In this document: piece after piece, positions 36,684 through 38,250 of the stretch
Layout of the letters: each line of letters begins with the position of its first letter
How positions within the stretch are numbered: position 1 is the first letter of the stretch
Assembly (NCBI GenBank): GCA_964369175.1
Contig: CAYJEM010000013.1
Coordinates: 1 to 38,250, forward strand
Direction of reading: 5' to 3'
DNA length: 38,250 bases
Source: an uncultured Erysipelotrichales bacterium
GTDB taxonomy: Bacteria > Bacillota_I > Bacilli_A > Erysipelotrichales > Coprobacillaceae
Notes under the pieces: model-generated
The model's input: only the letters and a program-made list of their open reading frames with translations
The model's database searches: none
What the model was told of the DNA's origin: nothing
Program-made: the position numbers and the translations under genes

Positions 36684-37703
36684 ATGAAAGAATATATTTT
36701 AGAAACGGCAAAGAAGATATTAACAATTGATAGTCCAACTGGATATTGCCAAGATGTCATTAATTATGTTGAAAATGAAGTACATGAACTTGGATTTGAA
36801 ACTTATAAAAATAATAAAGGGAACTTACTTGTAAATGTTAAAGGTAAGTCAACAAAAACAATTGGTATATGTGGCCATGTCGATACTTTAGGATTAATGG
36901 TTACAAATATTAAGGCAGATGGAACATTGTCTTTTACAAATGTTGGAGGACCGATTGTGCCGACATTAGATGGAGAATATTGCCGTATTATTACTCGTGA
37001 TAAAAAAGTGTATACTGGAACGATTTTGAGTAACTCGCCTTCAGCCCATGTATATGATGATGCTAGTAATCTAGCTAGAGAGTGTAAAAATATGCATATT
37101 CGTATTGATGAAGTAGTAAAATCAAAAGAAGATGTTGAAGCACTAGGTATAGGAAATGGTGACTATATCGCAATCGAAACCAAAACAACAATTACTGATA
37201 GTGGATTTATTAAATCGCGTTTTTTAGATGACAAATTATCAGTAGCAATATTTTTAGGAATCTTAAAAGAATTTAAAGAAAAAAATATTACCCCAACAGA
37301 TAACATCATCTTTATTATTTCAACATATGAAGAAGTCGGTCATGGAAGTAGTCATGTTCCAACACAAATTGAAGAATTAATTGCAGTTGATATGGGTTGC
37401 ATTGGTAAAGATCTTGCATGTACTGAATATGATGTAAGTATTTGTGCCAAAGATAGTAGTGGACCATATGATTATCAAATGGTTTCATCATTTATCGACC
37501 TTGCTAAAGAAAATAAGTTACAATTTGCAGTTGATGTTTATCCATATTATGGTAGTGATGTAAGTGCCGCACTGCGTGCTGGAAATGATGTAAAAGGTGC
37601 ATTAATTGGTCCTGGAGTACATGCTAGTCATGGAATGGAAAGAAGTCACATTCAAGCTGTTGAAAATACTGTCTCATTAATACTAGCTTATGTAACAAAG
37701 TAA
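36684..37703 (+). CDS. M42 family metallopeptidase (glutamyl aminopeptidase / endoglucanase-like, YsdC/FrvX family)
   Basis: 339 aa, GHVDTLG metal-binding motif and the usual M42 domain layout. RBS aggagg. Confidence 0.8.
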   Translation: MKEYILETAKKILTIDSPTGYCQDVINYVENEVHELGFETYKNNKGNLLVNVKGKSTKTIGICGHVDTLGLMVTNIKADGTLSFTNVGGPIVPTLDGEYCRIITRDKKVYTGTILSNSPSAHVYDDASNLARECKNMHIRIDEVVKSKEDVEALGIGNGDYIAIETKTTITDSGFIKSRFLDDKLSVAIFLGILKEFKEKNITPTDNIIFIISTYEEVGHGSSHVPTQIEELIAVDMGCIGKDLACTEYDVSICAKDSSGPYDYQMVSSFIDLAKENKLQFAVDVYPYYGSDVSAALRAGNDVKGALIGPGVHASHGMERSHIQAVENTVSLILAYVTK

Positions 37704-37718
37704 GTTACGGAGTTACCT

Positions 37719-38168
37719 ATGAATGAAAACCAAATGAAGGATGCATATCTAAAAATAAATCCAAGTGCTAGTAACTTTGATGCTTTTGCATTTGGTGGAA
37801 CCACACAAGATATGCCAAACCAATTAGCAAATTTAGTTTTAAACGGTGTTAAAACTGCTACCAGTAGTTTGCATTGTATTTATGAAGTCGAAAAAGAACC
37901 ACTTCCAACAACAAATAATTATAGTATTATACTTGATAGTAATGATAATGCAGTGTGTATTATTAAGACAACAAAGGTATATACAACCCCTTTTAATCAA
38001 GTAACAAGTAACCATGCTTTTAAAGAAGGTGAAGGGAACCGTAGCCTTGATTATTGGAAGCTTGTCCATCAAGAATTTTTTGAAAATGAAATATCAACAA
38101 TGAATCTTACATTTACTGAAGATATGCTTGTTGTATGTGAAGAATTTGAAGTTGTATATCCAATATAA
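37719..38168 (+). CDS. ASCH-domain protein (YqfB-like)
   Basis: 149 aa, all-beta PUA-like pattern. Assignment is by overall resemblance only. Confidence 0.5.
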   Translation: MNENQMKDAYLKINPSASNFDAFAFGGTTQDMPNQLANLVLNGVKTATSSLHCIYEVEKEPLPTTNNYSIILDSNDNAVCIIKTTKVYTTPFNQVTSNHAFKEGEGNRSLDYWKLVHQEFFENEISTMNLTFTEDMLVVCEEFEVVYPI

Positions 38169-38170
38169 AA

Positions 38171-38210
38171 AGGCAGGTATCAAAAAGATACTTGCCTTTT
38201 CTTTTTTCAA
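38171..38210 (+). terminator. Rho-independent terminator
   Basis: Stem ggcaggtatc/gatacttgcc around loop aaaaa, followed by a T-run. Confidence 0.55.
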
Positions 38211-38250
38211 ATTTCAACCGCACCACTTTATATATAATTTGATTCTACAA

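Overview
This window looks like chromosome from a low-GC (~30% GC), spore-forming Firmicute with canonical Shine-Dalgarno sites. The spoIID/spoIIQ/mbl genes, the ChW cell-wall-binding repeats and a Mollicutes-like tmRNA tag (...NYSFA) point to an Erysipelotrichia/Clostridia-like lineage. Most of the window is ordinary housekeeping: a partial tRNA-Glu, an aldo-keto reductase, spoIID, a degenerate-LytM SpoIIQ-like protein, mbl/mreB, a HAD hydrolase, a TagO/WecA-like transferase with an extra C-terminal domain, secG, rnr, smpB, ssrA (tmRNA), a DbpA-type DEAD-box helicase, an Amidase_2+ChW autolysin, pspA-ydjG-ydjI, an Fe-ADH, rlmI, two paralogous lipoproteins, an OYE flavoenzyme, a CymR-like Rrf2 regulator with cysK, an AI-2E transporter, an M42 peptidase and an ASCH protein. 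Two accessory-looking loci stand out. (1) 13.2-20.0 kb holds a GntR/HutC-regulated corrinoid methyltransferase module of unusual make-up. It contains an MtaA/CmuA-family methyltransferase fused to a thioredoxin_3-like CxxC domain, a B12-binding corrinoid protein, a second divergent UroD-superfamily methyltransferase, a COG0523 G3E GTPase, a RACE-type reductive activase and a DUF1638-like partner. No MtrH-type methyl-THF or MttB-type component is present. Two dre-like palindromic operators sit just upstream. (2) 29.1-33.9 kb holds a DeoR regulator, a glycyl-radical eliminase-class enzyme, its radical-SAM activase and a fructose-6-phosphate-aldolase/transaldolase-like gene. This matches the E. 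coli ybiW-ybiY-fsaA arrangement, and AAAGTAATAA direct repeats flank the promoter. Other oddities include a 30-bp perfect palindrome in front of the amidase gene, a sigF-like promoter for the SpoIIQ-like gene, and numerous rho-independent terminators. No CRISPR array, IS element, integrase or toxin-antitoxin pair was recognised.
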